From assembly GCF_018350175.1 (NCBI RefSeq), contig NC_058368.1:171556001-171620000 (forward strand): DNA of 64,000 nucleotides, read 5' to 3'. The notes under the pieces were generated by a model, which made no database searches, had not been told where the DNA came from, and was given only the letters and a program-made list of their open reading frames with translations. This stretch comes from Felis catus. Taxonomy: Eukaryota. Position numbers and translations under genes: made by a program. Positions 47,478-61,280 of this stretch are shown one piece after another (the stretch's first letter is position 1; every line of letters starts with the position of its first letter).

Positions 47478-50298
47478 GAGACTCTAAAGATTATATAGTT
47501 ATTCAAACAAACTGAACAGGGGACTAACAGAGGAAGAAGAATCAGATTAGCATCTAGAACATAAACAGAAACTACAGAGATAAAAAGCCCAACCACCGTG
47601 TTCTTCACCTGTCAGGGAAAACAAACACTCTTTTCTGAACACGCAAGAATGAAGAAATCACTTAACCAATAAACCCAATCTGAGGAAATCTTAGAAGATG
47701 TGCTCTAACCAGACAGAGATCTCACGATATGGAAAACAAAGAGGGGGTAAGTAGAACAGTGTTACAAGATGTAATTAATATGACTAGGAACTAACAATTT
47801 ATCATTTAAATGTTTATTAAAAGATATCCAATAAAAAGCAATTTAATAGTCAAGAACAAAAAATTCTAACTTAAGTAAAACCCGAGGTGAAAGAATATTA
47901 CTTAATTTTTATATGTTAAGATAGAATGTTTAATTACAGCTGCTCTGAAAATATCTGGTGAGAAAGTAATCACAGGTAGGACAGAAAAGCAAAGGACCTC
48001 CATGTCCCTGATGAGATGGGTAGAGAAATTTGACCATGTAGCAAAACAAGAGAAGAATGAGCAATAAAGTAAAATGAACAGTACATTAAAAATAGATGGA
48101 AATAATAAAAACAAACATAGCTTTTATGATGGATGACAAATGTGAGTGGTGGAGGAGCTTCAGCAATCTTTCAGAAGAGTAATTGGACAGGAAGTATCAC
48201 CCTTACTCTCAGAACTGGCTATCCCACTTTGGGGAAACCATCCTATGGAAATAAAAGCACCAGCTAGACAGCAATGGAGGTTTGTTGCAGCATTTTCTGA
48301 GAGTGGTGTAATAAAATCCCCTAACTTGCATAGCCATCAATAGAAGAATTATTGAATAAATGATAGTCATCCACACCGTGAGAAATTATGCAACAACTGG
48401 ATAAAAAGAGTTGGATAAATGTATTGAGTTGATGTCCATAAGGTATTTTAGTTCCAAAAGCAGAGTAGTGTTTTAAATGGACAATGAGGAATTATGAACT
48501 TTTTTCTTTATGCATCTCTTTTTCTGGGCGTTTCTGTTGTTTTTACTTATTACATACAACAGGATGTTTTACTTTGGTGATTTCAAATTTCAAAATTTCA
48601 GATTTTTCAATTTCAAAAACATCTACAATAAGAAAAGAAATGGTGGGGGGGGGGGGTTGTGGATCATTCCATGGTAGAAGAACAGCATAGATCAGTGTTC
48701 AGAAGCAGCTAAGGAGTTGTGGGGACCTGGGTTTAATTCTGCTCTGTTCCTGACTCACCCTGCAACCTCAGGAGGGCTGCTGAGCCACTCAGAGTCCCCA
48801 TTTCTTCACCTATGAAGTGGGATAAGTGGACTAAATAACAATCCCTCCCAGCCAGTCAATGAAGTCATCATTGACTGTCTTCAGTCAGTCAATGAAGATG
48901 CACAAAAAACACACACTGAATCCTTTGGAAACATCCACTTACTGCCTTTTTCTCTGCGAACTTATCCAGGATCTGGGCAAGGATCCCTGATCCACCATGA
49001 AGGCATGCCTAACCCCGCACCCAGGAGGAAATTCCACCAGAGGGTTATTAAGAGGACCAACCGGGACGACACGGAGCCTGTTCATCAAACCGGCCCTCCC
49101 AATTTCACAAGAAAGGCAATAACCACCCCCCTCTCTAGATAGGATCTTGTTTCAGTGCTCTGCTATTTCATTTCTGTTCCTTATTTCAGCACCCCTGCTA
49201 AGAATGCAATGGGCAGCAGGTTACAGTGCAAAAGGCTGGTGCTCTTCTCAACCCACCCACCTCTTTTGCTTTCATTCCTTCTTCCTTTACTCCTTTCCTT
49301 GTCCTCCATTTTTAAGAATCAGCCATATGACTAAAGCCATTGCACACCTACACTAAGTTCTACATTCAATCAAAAATCTTCAGAGGCAGTCATGTAGTTA
49401 ACAGTCATCACAGAACCAATTATTTATCTCTTCACCAAGCAAACATTCTCTAAGCACCCACCATCCATATATGTGCTAAAGACTTCTAAGACTTCATTTA
49501 GACCTCACAACAATTGTGTCTGACAAGAGTGGCCTCAATTTTACCAATTGTGAAACTAAGGTTCAGAGAGGTAAACTAAGTGATTTGCCAAACCATGGAA
49601 CCAGTACATGCTGAAGCTGAGGTGTGTGCCCTGGGCTGCCATGCTCATGGTCCTTCCAGAGTGTGATGTTAACACAGAGAAAAGCAGATAGTATTTCTGG
49701 CTAGATTAGAAAAGGCTTCCTTAAAGAGGAGAAAGTCAACTCATTGTGAACCAACAAAACTTTTATCAAGAAAGAACTCTCATGTTTAGATTCAAAGATC
49801 CTAAAAATTAATTATCTTCTAAAGCTATGTTTAAGGGTAAACTGTAAAAACTACATGTACCTACTCAGTAAGACATTTCCTTCTTTTGTAACAGGAACTG
49901 CAAACTACAAACTCAAGTTATAAATAGAAGCACCTTGACTATTGTAAGCAACCAATAACTACTCCTGAGTAACAGAAAGAAAAGAAAGGAGGGCAGGAAA
50001 GCACTGGACCTGCAGTGAGGTCTGGCTGTCCAGCCACTCCATGCTTCATGTTCACCACACATGTACAAATTTTCATTACAGGCTGTCTCCATTAACAATT
50101 TGTTTGGTTTCTGGTTCATACCATCCTTTCATTTCTAACATTTGGGCAAGTTACAGTCCTTTAAAAAAAGGTGCTATAAACTATTAGGAAGGAAAGATTC
50201 TATAAATTAAAATAATCTTAGTTGAATTTGACTTTCCAAAGAAAGAACATAATGAATAAAGACCTGTAGTCCTGAGCACAAAAAGGTTGTAAATTTGA

Positions 50299-50510
50299 GG
50301 GGCGCCTGGGTGGCTCAGTTGGTTAAGCAGCCGACTTCGGCTCAGGTCATGATCTCGGGGTCCGTGAGTTCGAGCCCTGTGTCGGGCTCTGGGCTGACAG
50401 CTCAGAGCCTGGAGCCTGTTTCAGATTCTGTGTCTCCCTCTCTCTGACCCTCCCCCATTCATGCTCTGTCTCTCTCTGTCTCAAAAATAAAAAATAAAAC
50501 CTTAAAAAAA
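50299..50510 (+). mobile_element. CAN-SINE (young)
   Basis: TSD aaaaggttgtaaatttga on both sides. Confidence 0.95.
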
Positions 50511-50539
50511 AAGGTTGTAAATTTGAAAAACATTTCTTT

Positions 50540-50640
50540 TCAGTTTTATTTATTAATCCGTACATCCCACATGGGGCTCAAACTCATAACCCTGAAATAG
50601 AGAGTCACATGCTCTTCCAACTGAGCCAGCCAGGCGCCCC
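50540..50640 (-). mobile_element. Short CAN-SINE (SINEC_b-like)
   Basis: tggggctcaaactcataaccctgaaatagagagtcacatgctcttccaactgagccagccaggcgcccc. Confidence 0.85.
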
Positions 50641-51087
50641 TCTGATAACCATTTTTTAATGGTTATATCTAACCTCATTTAAAAAAATGAAGTGACTTTC
50701 AATATTGTTATGTAATTAATGAAAAAGATCTAACCTAAACAATTTTCCCCAGAATATATTATAACCAGAGTAGAGACTAGAATCCAATTCTCCTAACTGT
50801 TCAATGTTTATCATGCTCACTGATTTAAAATGCCATTAGGGTAACACTTTGTAAGCAATCAATTCCCCTAAAAAGTTGTGAGAAAAATCAAATTTTAATC
50901 AATTGAACTATATTATACATTGACTTAGCTGTTTCCTGACATTTTAATACTTATTCATTAATCCTCAAGTAGCAAAGCACCCAATAAAATTTCTTAATTC
51001 CTTGGATTTTTTTTCGGTGAAATAGTTAATACATTAGAAGGAAACACAAATGTTCTAGAGTGATTTATCTCTTAAAGGCTATACAAT

Positions 51088-51325
51088 GGGGGAGACTGGG
51101 TGGCTGAGTTGGTTAAGGCTCTGACTTCGGCTCAGGTCATGATCTCACTTCGGCTCAAGTCATGATCTCACAGTTCGTGGGTTTGAGCCCCACATCAGGC
51201 TCTGTGCTGACAGCTCAGAGCCTGGAGCCTGCTTCGGATTCTGTGTCTCACTCTCTCTCTGCCCCTCCCCTGCTCACACGCTGTCTGTCTCTCTCTCTCA
51301 AAAATAAACAAACATTAAAAAAAAT
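51088..51325 (+). mobile_element. CAN-SINE with an internal tandem duplication
   Basis: acttcggctca(g/a)gtcatgatctc occurs twice in a row. Confidence 0.92.
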
Positions 51326-51569
51326 GTTTTAAGTTTTAGACAATTAATTATTTTTATAACATAAATCACCAACTCCTAATGCACAGATTCTGAAAACAGA
51401 TTTTTCTGTGGCACTTGTTAAAACAGTTCATCCAGTTTCTCCATCCTAAAGGAGTCTAACCAAAACGTACAGTGAAACAGTGACAAAGGCCAAGAGGGAT
51501 GGCTTTGTTTCAAAACAACTTGGAAAATGTGCATTTAATTAGCCCCTACCTTCTAAGAGCAATGAGGCC

Positions 51570-51846
51570 CAATCCAGTAGCCACCAGGCACATCACACGT
51601 GTGTGTGGACCTAAAACGTGCCTGGTCCACATTGAGATGAGCTCTAATGTAAAATACACAACTGGATTGTGAAGACAATAAGAAAAACAGAATAATCTTT
51701 ATAGTGATTATGCATTGAAATATTTTAGATATATTGGATTTAATAAAATATGTTGTTCAACTTAATTTCATTTATTTTTAATGAAGCCACTAGAAAATTA
51801 AAAATTACCTATGTGGCTCACATTGTATTTTTATTAGACAGCACTC
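51570..51846. mobile_element. hAT MITE, MER33-like
   Basis: attgagatgagctctaatgtaaaatacacaactggattgtgaagac...aattacctatgtggctcacattgtatttttattagacagcac. Confidence 0.75.
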
Positions 51847-52732
51847 TACTAAAATGCTTCTCGCTAAAGGAACACAACTGCTGAAAGCTGGTTGCCAGGG
51901 TTGGAGAAAAGGTTCTGATAGCCCTGATTATGAATTCCCTTACTACAGGCCCTCCCTATCTGGTGGTGGCTCTGCTCTTAACTAGGTGAGTGACCTGGAA
52001 CTGTTGTTTAACCTCTCGGCCTTAATTCCTCATCTGTTAACTAGGACAACATCTAATACCAAGGCACCAGCTTAAACAATGAAGACACTGAGACTATACT
52101 CCCTGACTTCTAGTTCATTGCTCTTCTCGCTGCACAGTTGCAGCAAACCCCTTCCTAATTTTATCTGTTCAGTGACCCCACAGTACTAATCCTAGGGACT
52201 GTCCTGAAACATGTGTCACTCCTTTTAGGAAAAGGAGCAAGCCTATCCCACAGTGGGTGGAAACACTCTCAACACTCCCAACCCCATCCTGGCTGAAGGT
52301 AAGGATTTTCCCACAGTAGGTGGCCCATGGGGTTATCTGCAGTATCAAAGGAAGGCAGACTTCTGGGCATCCCCACTGCTCTAGGCAAGGCTGTGGGACC
52401 TAAGGGCAAGTCTGCTGAATCACATTCACAGTTTCCTTATTTGCAAAAGGCATTAATAATACCTGCCTAACACACATCACAGGCTGGCTTGGAAGATCAA
52501 ATAAAACATACCTGGAAGCTCTCTTTCAAAGCACAAAGTACAGTTACAGTCTCATACCTATCATGAAATGCTAGCCAGCACACAATCACAGCACAGTTTG
52601 CATGAACCAGGCTCTGCAACACTGAACAATAACAGCACCGTTTGATAAATGCGCTAAATGAATTTATGTTTAGGGGGAAAAAAGAGTAGATGTAGATCTC
52701 ATATTTTTTTAAGTTAAAAAAAAAAAAAACCA

Positions 52733-52975
52733 GGGGGGCGCCTGAGTGGCTCAGTCGGTTAAGCGTCTGACTTCAACTCAGGTCACGATCTCGTGGTCCA
52801 TGAGTTCGAGCCCCGCGTTGGGCTCTGGGCTGATGGCTCAGAGCCTGGAGCCTGCTTCGGATTCTGTGTCTCCCTCTCTCTCTGCCCTTCCCCCGTTCAT
52901 GCTCTGTCTCTCTCTGTCTCAAAAATAAATAAACGTTAAAAAAAAATTTTTTTAATAAAAATAAAAATAAAAAAA
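52733..52975 (+). mobile_element. CAN-SINE (young)
   Basis: CpG-rich SINEC_Fc-like body; TSD-like aaaaaaa(c)cagg. Confidence 0.94.
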
Positions 52976-55569
52976 ACAGGAAGATGCAGAGTAACCAACA
53001 GCTTACATTCATTCGCTATTTATTCCGTGCCAAGCAGTGTTCTATTTCCTAACATGATCAGATTTGATCGGAACAACCTATGTTACAGATGAGGAAGCTG
53101 AGGTACAGAATGGAACTAACCTAATGCTCTAGACATAGTAAAAAGAGGCCAGATTTGAACCCAGACTGCCTTGTTATGCAGGCCATGTTTGCAACCATGC
53201 CATCCTGCCTCTAATATGTACAATAAACTCTCCTGGTACAAATAAAAAAAGCTAATACTTTTGGGTCTGTGAATCAATATATGTAAATATATGTATATTT
53301 TATATGGTTTGAAAGAAATTATTAATAGTGATTACTTTTTGAGAGCAATTACTGATGGGGGTGGACAGGGAGACAGGTTCTTCATGTTATAAACTTCTAT
53401 CCTGGTTCAATTTTCTGACCTTGCACATCTTATGCTAACAGACTATTTCAAGTAAGGGAAGTCACCTTTCAACATGTTAAGCAGCTACTTTCTATTCTTG
53501 CAAATCCTTAAACCAACATGGTAGGAAAGCCACGGACTCTGTGTCAAGCAAATCCAAGCCCAAATTCCACTTCCCACTACTAAATACTCATATGAATTAG
53601 GTAAAGTTCCTTAACCCTCTGTTAACCCAGCATCTTCTTGTAAAAGGAAAACATGCTACCCTCTCACAGGCCTATAGTGAAGATCTATGCACACTAAGAA
53701 CTTGGTCCCAAACTGGTCTCCTGCTATCACTCAAAAACATTACTTCAGTTCCCTTATTACACCTCTGATACATCGGTTTTAAACATAAACCACTAGGAAG
53801 TGTTGACCTGCTGTACCAAATGGCCCCAAACTGGTGGTTAAGCACTGATTCCTGGCTTTCTTGTTTATATTGGGCAATGAGCACATGCCCTTGGGGATGC
53901 CTGAGCACTGGAGAAGTGGGGGTTTCAGAGGGCTGACTTGTCCTACTAGCGTGTCTCAGCATCCAGAAGCAAGTGCCCACCAGTCCCCAAACCAATATGG
54001 GTGGCGGCGGCAGCAGCTGGAGAGATACTAACTGAACGCTGGCCCCCACGGGGTGCCCACTTCTGATCTCATGTGAGAACCACCTGGGCTGCTTTTTCAA
54101 AATACTGATCCCTCAACCCCCACCCTCCACTGCCCTTGGCAGCCAGGCATTAGATTCACAGCAAGTGTTTCTTATTAGGAAATAGGCCTGCTACCAAGCA
54201 GCTCCTCCTCAAAAGAGGTGGACAGAGAATGGAAACTCAAGATACCTAATGGATCTGGTCTGTGGAATGAGCAAAGGAAGCACAGGACATTTGTACCTCC
54301 AACTCTGTCTTCATGGAGGCAGCTGCAACATTACAGGACTCCTGCCTCTAAAGTTCAAATTCCAAAACCTTAAGGACAGGGAGAAGAGTAAAATGGTCTT
54401 TTTGCTTTTAGTTCTCTAATCCAAACTATCTTGTCAAACTCTCTGGTCCTACCCCTTAACCATTCTTGCTTAAACAAAGCCTTAGGTTGTAATTTGGAGA
54501 CATTATCTAGCTTGGGGACCACCCAGGATCATTTCAGAGTGTGAAAGGTCTGTCCTGAGATAACTGCTTATTGGTTTTTATTTTTAAAGGGCGACACTAA
54601 AACTCTGTGCTAAAAGAGATGTAGGGCACAGGTATTCCTGAATGACACCCTGATCGTCTCTGCACTCACTCTTCCACTCTTCAACCATGGCACACTGTTC
54701 TATCTCCATCCCTGGCTCTCTGCCATTTCCCTCTCCCTTCGAGCATGGTTTCTTTCCTAAGTCTTATATTTGACTGACACTCCCAAGTTGTACTTTATGC
54801 CCCACTGACAGCTCTCAGAGTAACCACGGTTACCAACAGTACAGTTAAGATTAGGAATTACGGCTTTTAAGGATTGACCCCATTTTCCAAAAAGCATATT
54901 ATTATTTCTTGTAGCTTTGCTTATGTACTCTGTGGCTGTTTAGAAACAAAGTCTTTCTTCCTTTACTGTTTTAAAAGCAACACAACATGCCCATCAAGAG
55001 ATTAGTGTCCAAGGTTTGGAAAAAGGTGCTTCAGAGACTCCAATCACACACAGTATGTGGTGTAAGAGGGCAGGGAGATGGTAGGTATTCATACTTAAGC
55101 ATAACTCATGGTTTTTCTTAATACTACAGAGTCGCTGATGCCGGTAAATGCTGCAAATACTAACATCATCAGCAGCCACTTTGCTGAGAAATAGCTTCCT
55201 AATAACTGCAAGACTTTTTTTCTCCATCAGTTTAAAATAGAGGTACCCCCTCAAAGGCTTAAAGCATATCACAGTTTGGGAACGAGCCTCTGGCTAAGGA
55301 GCCACATCCCTGAGCAGGTTTAATTTCTCAGGCAAGACTCCTAATTCCTCCTGGTTCTGCTGGGCCTTCCTCTCTAGGAAATACACTAGGGAGGGGGAAA
55401 GGTGTGGAAAAGGGGGAGGGAAGGGAAGTGGTAGGAATGTGCATGTCAATGCGCTGACCCTACCAGCCAATTAAGGGGATGCACTGCTGGTCTCCAGGGG
55501 AAGCTGCAGCCAGCCTCAGATGGAAGGATAATGGCTGTGACACCAAGCCCCAGGAGATGGGGTATTGAT

Positions 55570-55571
<2 letters not shown>

Positions 55572-55618
<47 letters not shown>
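55572..55618. repeat. (CA)n microsatellite
   Basis: About 23 perfect units in unique sequence. Confidence 0.97.
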
Positions 55619-56932
55619 CAGAGGCAATCCAGGATGCTATGCTTGCAGTCCCTATTCTCACAATGGATGCCTTGGCCATGAAGGGAAATGTGTCTTCCCA
55701 AAATTGCCCGACTTCCTCTGGTTCTCTTTTCTTTCCACACACTCCCCTCCACTTAGGTGTTCTGTGAGGGTCTCTACCCCTCTCTCCCCCTGTTAAATAC
55801 TGACAGCAGATCTGATGCCACCCTTTCCAGGACACATGTCACCAGCTCTCCTTCTGCATAAGTGCTTCTCTGGCAACCTGGCTGTCTGCCACGGCCTCTG
55901 ATTAGCCAGAAGGGATATCACATTGACTTATTCTATGTTCACACTCAATGTTGTTAGCATCAGTTTCGTCTGTGAATATATACAAACAGCTTGCTCAGCA
56001 CCCACTTCAGGTCACCTCAAGGACTGCAGTGCATGATTAACAGTGAGATTAAGAAAATGAGAAGTAAAAGATGAGAGGAACGGAAGTTTCACAGACACCC
56101 CAGTGGGTAAGAGCCAACCATTCAACTTTGATAGAGAAAAGAACTACAAAAAACATTCGTGACAATTTTAGGAAACAATACTGAACTCTGGCCTAGACTG
56201 GGGTAAAGCCTCACCCTAAAAGTTGTTCTTACTTCTATTAAGTTACTTTAGCACAAAAATGACCACTCTGTCAGAGGAAAGAAGCCAGGAGCCTTTGCAC
56301 TGATTGGGCAGAAGGAACCATGGACACAGGATGCCTCGCTTGGACCTGGCCAAGGGGAGAGATCTCCATCACCAAAAGGCAAAAAAACAAAGGCTCTGCC
56401 ACCAGAGTCTGAATCCACCCAAGCACTGACCTCATAGAGAGACCATCCGTCTTAACCATCAGAAATCTTTTCAGCCTTCTAAGAGAAAGAATTAATCTGT
56501 CTTAACAAGAAAAGGTAAACTTAATACAGATTTATAGGCAGAAAATACCACCATTACCTTTATTTGGTTTTTGAAACCCTTTTTTTTTTTAGCCAGATCT
56601 ATACAAAGGAAATGAGAAATATGAGAAAAATCACTTGAATAGGTCTGGGTGCTTCTAGACTTTGAATCCATTAACCCTGGCCCACAAATCGGCATTTTCC
56701 AGATGGTTCATTTTACCCCATTATACCAACTAGACTAATTGAGATGACTGGACAAGATTGGTGGACACAAGTCTGTCCATGGCTAACTCCACCACTTAAA
56801 CCAAGCCTTCTGAACTACTGCAAGTGGCCTCCCCATAGCAGCCAGAGTATTTGAAGACATAAACCTGACCTTAACACCTTCTTATTTAAAATTCTTCAAT
56901 GGAGTGCCAACATTATAAATCACCTTCACCTT

Positions 56933-57167
56933 GGGGTGCCTGGGTGACTCAGTCAAACATCTGACTTCAGCCCAGGTCATGATCTCATGGTTCGTGGGTT
57001 CAAGCCCCACATCGGGCTTTATGCTGACAGGTCAGAGCCTGAAGCCTGCTTCGGATTCTGTGTCTCACTCTCTCTCTGCCCCTCCCCGACTTGTGCTCTG
57101 TCTCCTTCTGTCTCTCAAAAATAAATAAATGATTTAAAAAATTAAATTTTATATATATACATGTATA

Positions 57168-57209
<42 letters not shown>

Positions 57210-57210
57210 C
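56933..57210 (+). mobile_element. CAN-SINE followed by a (TA)/(TG)n tract
   Basis: ggggtgcctgggtgactcagtc head; (TG)n at about 57172-57200; ttcaccttgg repeated on both flanks. Confidence 0.9.
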
Positions 57211-59893
57211 TTTTAAAAAATTAATTAATTCACCTTGGTCACCATAATCTAGTCCTCATCAGTCACAGCTGGTGTTTCTCTTCCCTGCTCTTAAGGTCCA
57301 GCCACATTGACTTCTTTCCTTCCATCCTTTGCACCTGCTATTTCCTTTGTCTGGAAAGGACTCTTCCCCAGTCTTTTTTAATCCATCAGGCACCACCCTT
57401 AAAATGTCCACAAAGTTATGTTTCCTGATTCCCCGCACTCAGCAAGGAAAGGCTCCCTGGAGGAAACCTTAATGAAAGAGGAGAATTTGGATGAGTGGAC
57501 AGAAAAAAAGAAAAGGCCTTCTAGGTGAAAGGAAAACATGAATGAAGATACAGTGGAGGATTAGAATATACACAACATTCGTAGTTCAAAGAGCTATGCA
57601 GAGCAGAGACCCACATTTAAGTTAATTTTAACAACAAAAATGAATAGGAGTCAGGTAGTAGAAATCTATGCATAATCCTAATCAAAGTAGAGTTTGGGCT
57701 AGAACTTCGTCAACAATAGTAGTATACTAAGAAGCTAAGTAACCAAAACACACACTGAAGGGCATAGCTGTCAATTATCTAGGGAACTGAGACTGTATGG
57801 ACTGTCATTTGGAAACATGCAGGTCAAAAAACTCCAAAGTCATGTGACTTTCTTTCCACTACACACATTCCTGTGGTAGTCATTACAGCCGCTCACGGAA
57901 CATGCCCAGTGGTAGGACAGGCACTTGGTGGTTAGGGGGGGACCCTGTGATTAGGGCTTACCACTGTGCTGATTCAAACTTTGAGACCACAGAGCTAGGA
58001 GTCATCAGGGAGGCAACAGTACAGAAAGAAGACGACCACAAGGTCCAAACACTAGGTGGTTGTGCCACTGAGGTACCATGAGTGCAACCTCTCATTACTG
58101 AAGGCCAGACCGGAAAAGACTTTCAGTTACAGGTATAACAAGTAGGTGGTAGCTTTTAGAGTTGACAAATAACCTAAAGGTACTCTGGGGACAATTACAT
58201 GCCTTTCAACTTTTTCAAGGCCATGCCTCAAAACTATTTCTGATCTCTCCAGAGCGAACGCATCTTTTCAGTAGAGGCTTCTCTTTCAGAGTCTGCCCAC
58301 ATTCTGGAGTCCTCTCCTTCTGAGCAATGCAAGACATACCACCTGTGTGTAGGTAGTGCTTGGGGCCACAGAGAACCCCAACACAGTGTGGAACCACTAT
58401 GCATTGCTGATATTATTACCCCTCAATAATTTGTCTTTCAAACTTGTCTTGTGCAGATTTTGTAAGATGCAAGAATATTTGATCATTAATACTGATAATG
58501 CATTTGTACTAAATGAAATTTTATCAGCTTGTCTTCTGCAATAACATTCTAAGATATCTAGCTGTATTTTAGTTTTTCTGAAATCCCATAATTGGATAGT
58601 TACAGAACCAAACTGTTATAGTCAGCTATGCCAAATTTGAGTTGGCCTGTATCCATCTACTCTAGCTGTACGACATTCCCTCCATCAACCAATGTTTTTT
58701 GAACATTTACTATATTCCAGGCATTGTATGAAGCATTACTGTAATGTAACAGTAATGCCACTAACAACTGACAAAATTTATTGGACACATAAAACACGAA
58801 GACTGGATTTTAAGTGCATCCGTGCAGTATCTCAGCTATCATGAGAGCCTCAAGAGGCTGATAATACTCCTACATCCTTTCACAGATGAGAAAACGCAGG
58901 CTGAGAGAAACAAAGTAACTCACCTAAGGTCACACAGCAAGTGGTGGGACAGCAAAACTCCTGAGTACCTATTTCCCAACACACTATACATTTTGGGATC
59001 TTAATCCCAATATCAATAAAGCATTCCTTATCCTCAAGAAGGTTAAAATGCCTAAGACGTGATAAGAGCATGTAAACAAATAGCCCTTTCTGACCCACAT
59101 TGTAAGAGAAGTTCCAGGAAGAAGGTGCTATGAGAATAAGGAAGAGGAGGTGGACCCTCAAGTGGGAGTGATCAGGGTGGGGAAGCCTTTGGGCCCTTCA
59201 TTCCAAATGAAGGAGCAGACATTCCTGGAGGAATGGCTGGAACAAAAGGCACCACTGCAGGAAGGCCCGGGCTGGTGAAGAGACACAAGAGGACTCCACG
59301 GACCGAGTGTAAAGTCTCCTCTCAAGCCATCTCCTCTGCCACATCCCTGCCTCTCACTCCCCACACGGCCACTTCTCACCTTTTCTGAAACAAGCTGTCA
59401 GTGTTCCTCTCTCTAAAATCTCCCACGAAGAAAGCCAAATGCCTTGGCATGACGTTCAAAGCCTACTTTACCAACTTCAGCTCCTTCCACTGCCACGTAC
59501 CCCATCTAACCTGTTCTCCAGCCAGACCAAACCTCTTACTTTCCACAAGCACATTGTCCTCTCTCACACCTCCACACCCTTGCACAGGCTACATCCTTTC
59601 CTCTGCTGGTGAACTCCTACCAACCTGTCCCTTGGCAGCCGCCTCAGAGTCCCTGCCCACTCTCACCCTGGCACCCCCGCCCCCGCCCAGCCAGTCTGGC
59701 TTCCCTACGGCTCCCTGACTCCAGGAAGCCTCTTCTACTGCATGCCCCATGTTGGGTCCCCAATTTCTTCCGAAGAGGGGGTTTCCTCTTCCAACCAATT
59801 TAAAAAAGAACACCCCCTTATACAAACACTCCCCAGCTTCCTCATTTCCTTCATACTGCTTTATTTTCTTCATGGCACTCATCACACACATTG

Positions 59894-59894
<1 letters not shown>

Positions 59895-59936
<42 letters not shown>
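59895..59936. repeat. (CA)n microsatellite within an L2 fragment (about 59360-59975)
   Basis: About 20 perfect units. Confidence 0.95.
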
Positions 59937-59937
<1 letters not shown>

Positions 59938-59977
59938 TTTTCATTGTGTATTTGCTAATGGCCTGCCTCACTCTTCA

Positions 59978-60165
59978 TCAGGGTTGGCAGACTATGGTGC
60001 ATACCCAAATCTGGCCTGCTGCCTAAGCTCTGACTGGAACAAAACCACACCATTGTCTCACATACTGTCTACAGCACAGTCGAATAGTTGCCACAGAGAC
60101 CTCATGACCCACAAAGCCTAAAATATGCCTTACCTGATCCTTTCCAGAAAAGCTCAGCCAATCCA
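59978..60165 (+). mobile_element. hAT MITE, MER58A-like
   Basis: cagggttggcagactatgg...aaatctggcctgctgcc...cccacaaagcctaaaatat...cctttccagaaaa. Confidence 0.75.
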
Positions 60166-61105
60166 ATTCTGGAATGTGCAGCAAACTCCCCATCCCTGTT
60201 GCCTCTGTTGCTGTGCTCACAGTTTACCTCTAGCCCTTTTAGTACATTATCTAGCATGAAGCAGGCAGTGAGAAACCATGAGTTAAACAAAGTAAGAGGT
60301 AGCAGGAAAAGTGTGAAAGGAAAGGAGAAAATGGATGCAAGAGATGCTGGTGATTGGGTCTGGGTGCCAGAGAAAAGAGGAGGAATCACACGGCAGAAGC
60401 ATTTTACATGTGGCTGTGTACCTTGGTCAAAGGAGGAGATTCTAACCATCAAACCACAAATACAAGTTTCGCATCAGGGCTGGCTATCTTCCCACTGATG
60501 GGTGTAAGATGAAGAGGTCGGGCTTCTCAGCGAGCTGAGTCACTGTTTCTGACAGCACAGCCCCCGTGAATGAATTGGCTTTATAACTAGATGACTGAAA
60601 TATGTGTTGGAGGATTCAAAGTTTTGGTACCTATAGATAACATGCTTAAGTCTGAGTGGCTAACAACATAGTAACAAATAAATACATTCAAACAAACATA
60701 TTAACTTAAAAATTTCAAATGCTAAACTATTCATAAGATACAGAAAACCTTAGATCTGATGGAGGAGATCCTTCAATAATTAGCAAATCTCACTTTGGGT
60801 TAACAAACAAGAAACTGGGGCCCAGATTGGTCAGCTACTCACACCAAGCCACCCAGGTGGTTGACTGGAGGAGGCTGGAACAGAACCCACAGCTCCTGAC
60901 TAGGCGCCCAGGGCTCCTCCCAGGTATCAACGCTCATAGCAGCACAGAGGTCAGGGCCCTGCCAACCTAGAGCACTCTCTTGAAGTGCTGTGGACAGAGC
61001 AAGACTTCCCAGGACTGAGGGAGCCAGGGAGGGATACAAAGAACTGGCAAGTTAGGAACTCCAATGGGGATTTCCAGCCCTTATTTAACTTGACCCTTCT
61101 GTGGC

Positions 61106-61280
61106 ACAGTGGTCCTTAAAATTTAGGGAGCAATCACAGTCAGCTGGTAACGTTCCTTAAACAGGTAGAGTTTCTAATTTCTGGGGCCCTACCCATAGAG
61201 CTTCTAATCTGTTTGGTCTAGGATGGGCCCAGGGGACACTGATGCTATGGATCTGGAGATCACATTTTGGGAACCACTGC
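61106..61280. mobile_element. hAT MITE, MER5A-like
   Basis: cagtggtccttaaa...ggggccctaccc...ggtctaggatgggcccagg...cacattttgggaaccactg; terminal inverted cagtgg/ccactg. Confidence 0.7.

Larger units (their letters stand above)
46330..48600 (+). mobile_element. Highly degenerate L1M remnants (ORF1-region-like and 3'-end-like pieces)
   Basis: A-rich sense strand; gaagaagaatcagattagcatc, atcccactttggggaaaccatcctatggaaataaaagcacc, tttgttgcagcatt. Confidence 0.45.

Noticed and set aside
53672..54100. 142-aa minus-strand ORF, the longest in the track
   Set aside because: No recognisable domain and a non-ATG start. Its ends overlap MIR-like and MER5-like remnants, and this length is expected by chance.
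55388..55436. G-rich tract with G-quadruplex potential (a similar one at about 1935-1962)
   Set aside because: Such motifs are frequent in mammalian DNA, and nothing else points to function.
60088..60498. 136-aa plus-strand ORF with an overlapping 116-aa antisense ORF
   Set aside because: Begins inside a MER58-like MITE and has no recognisable homology.
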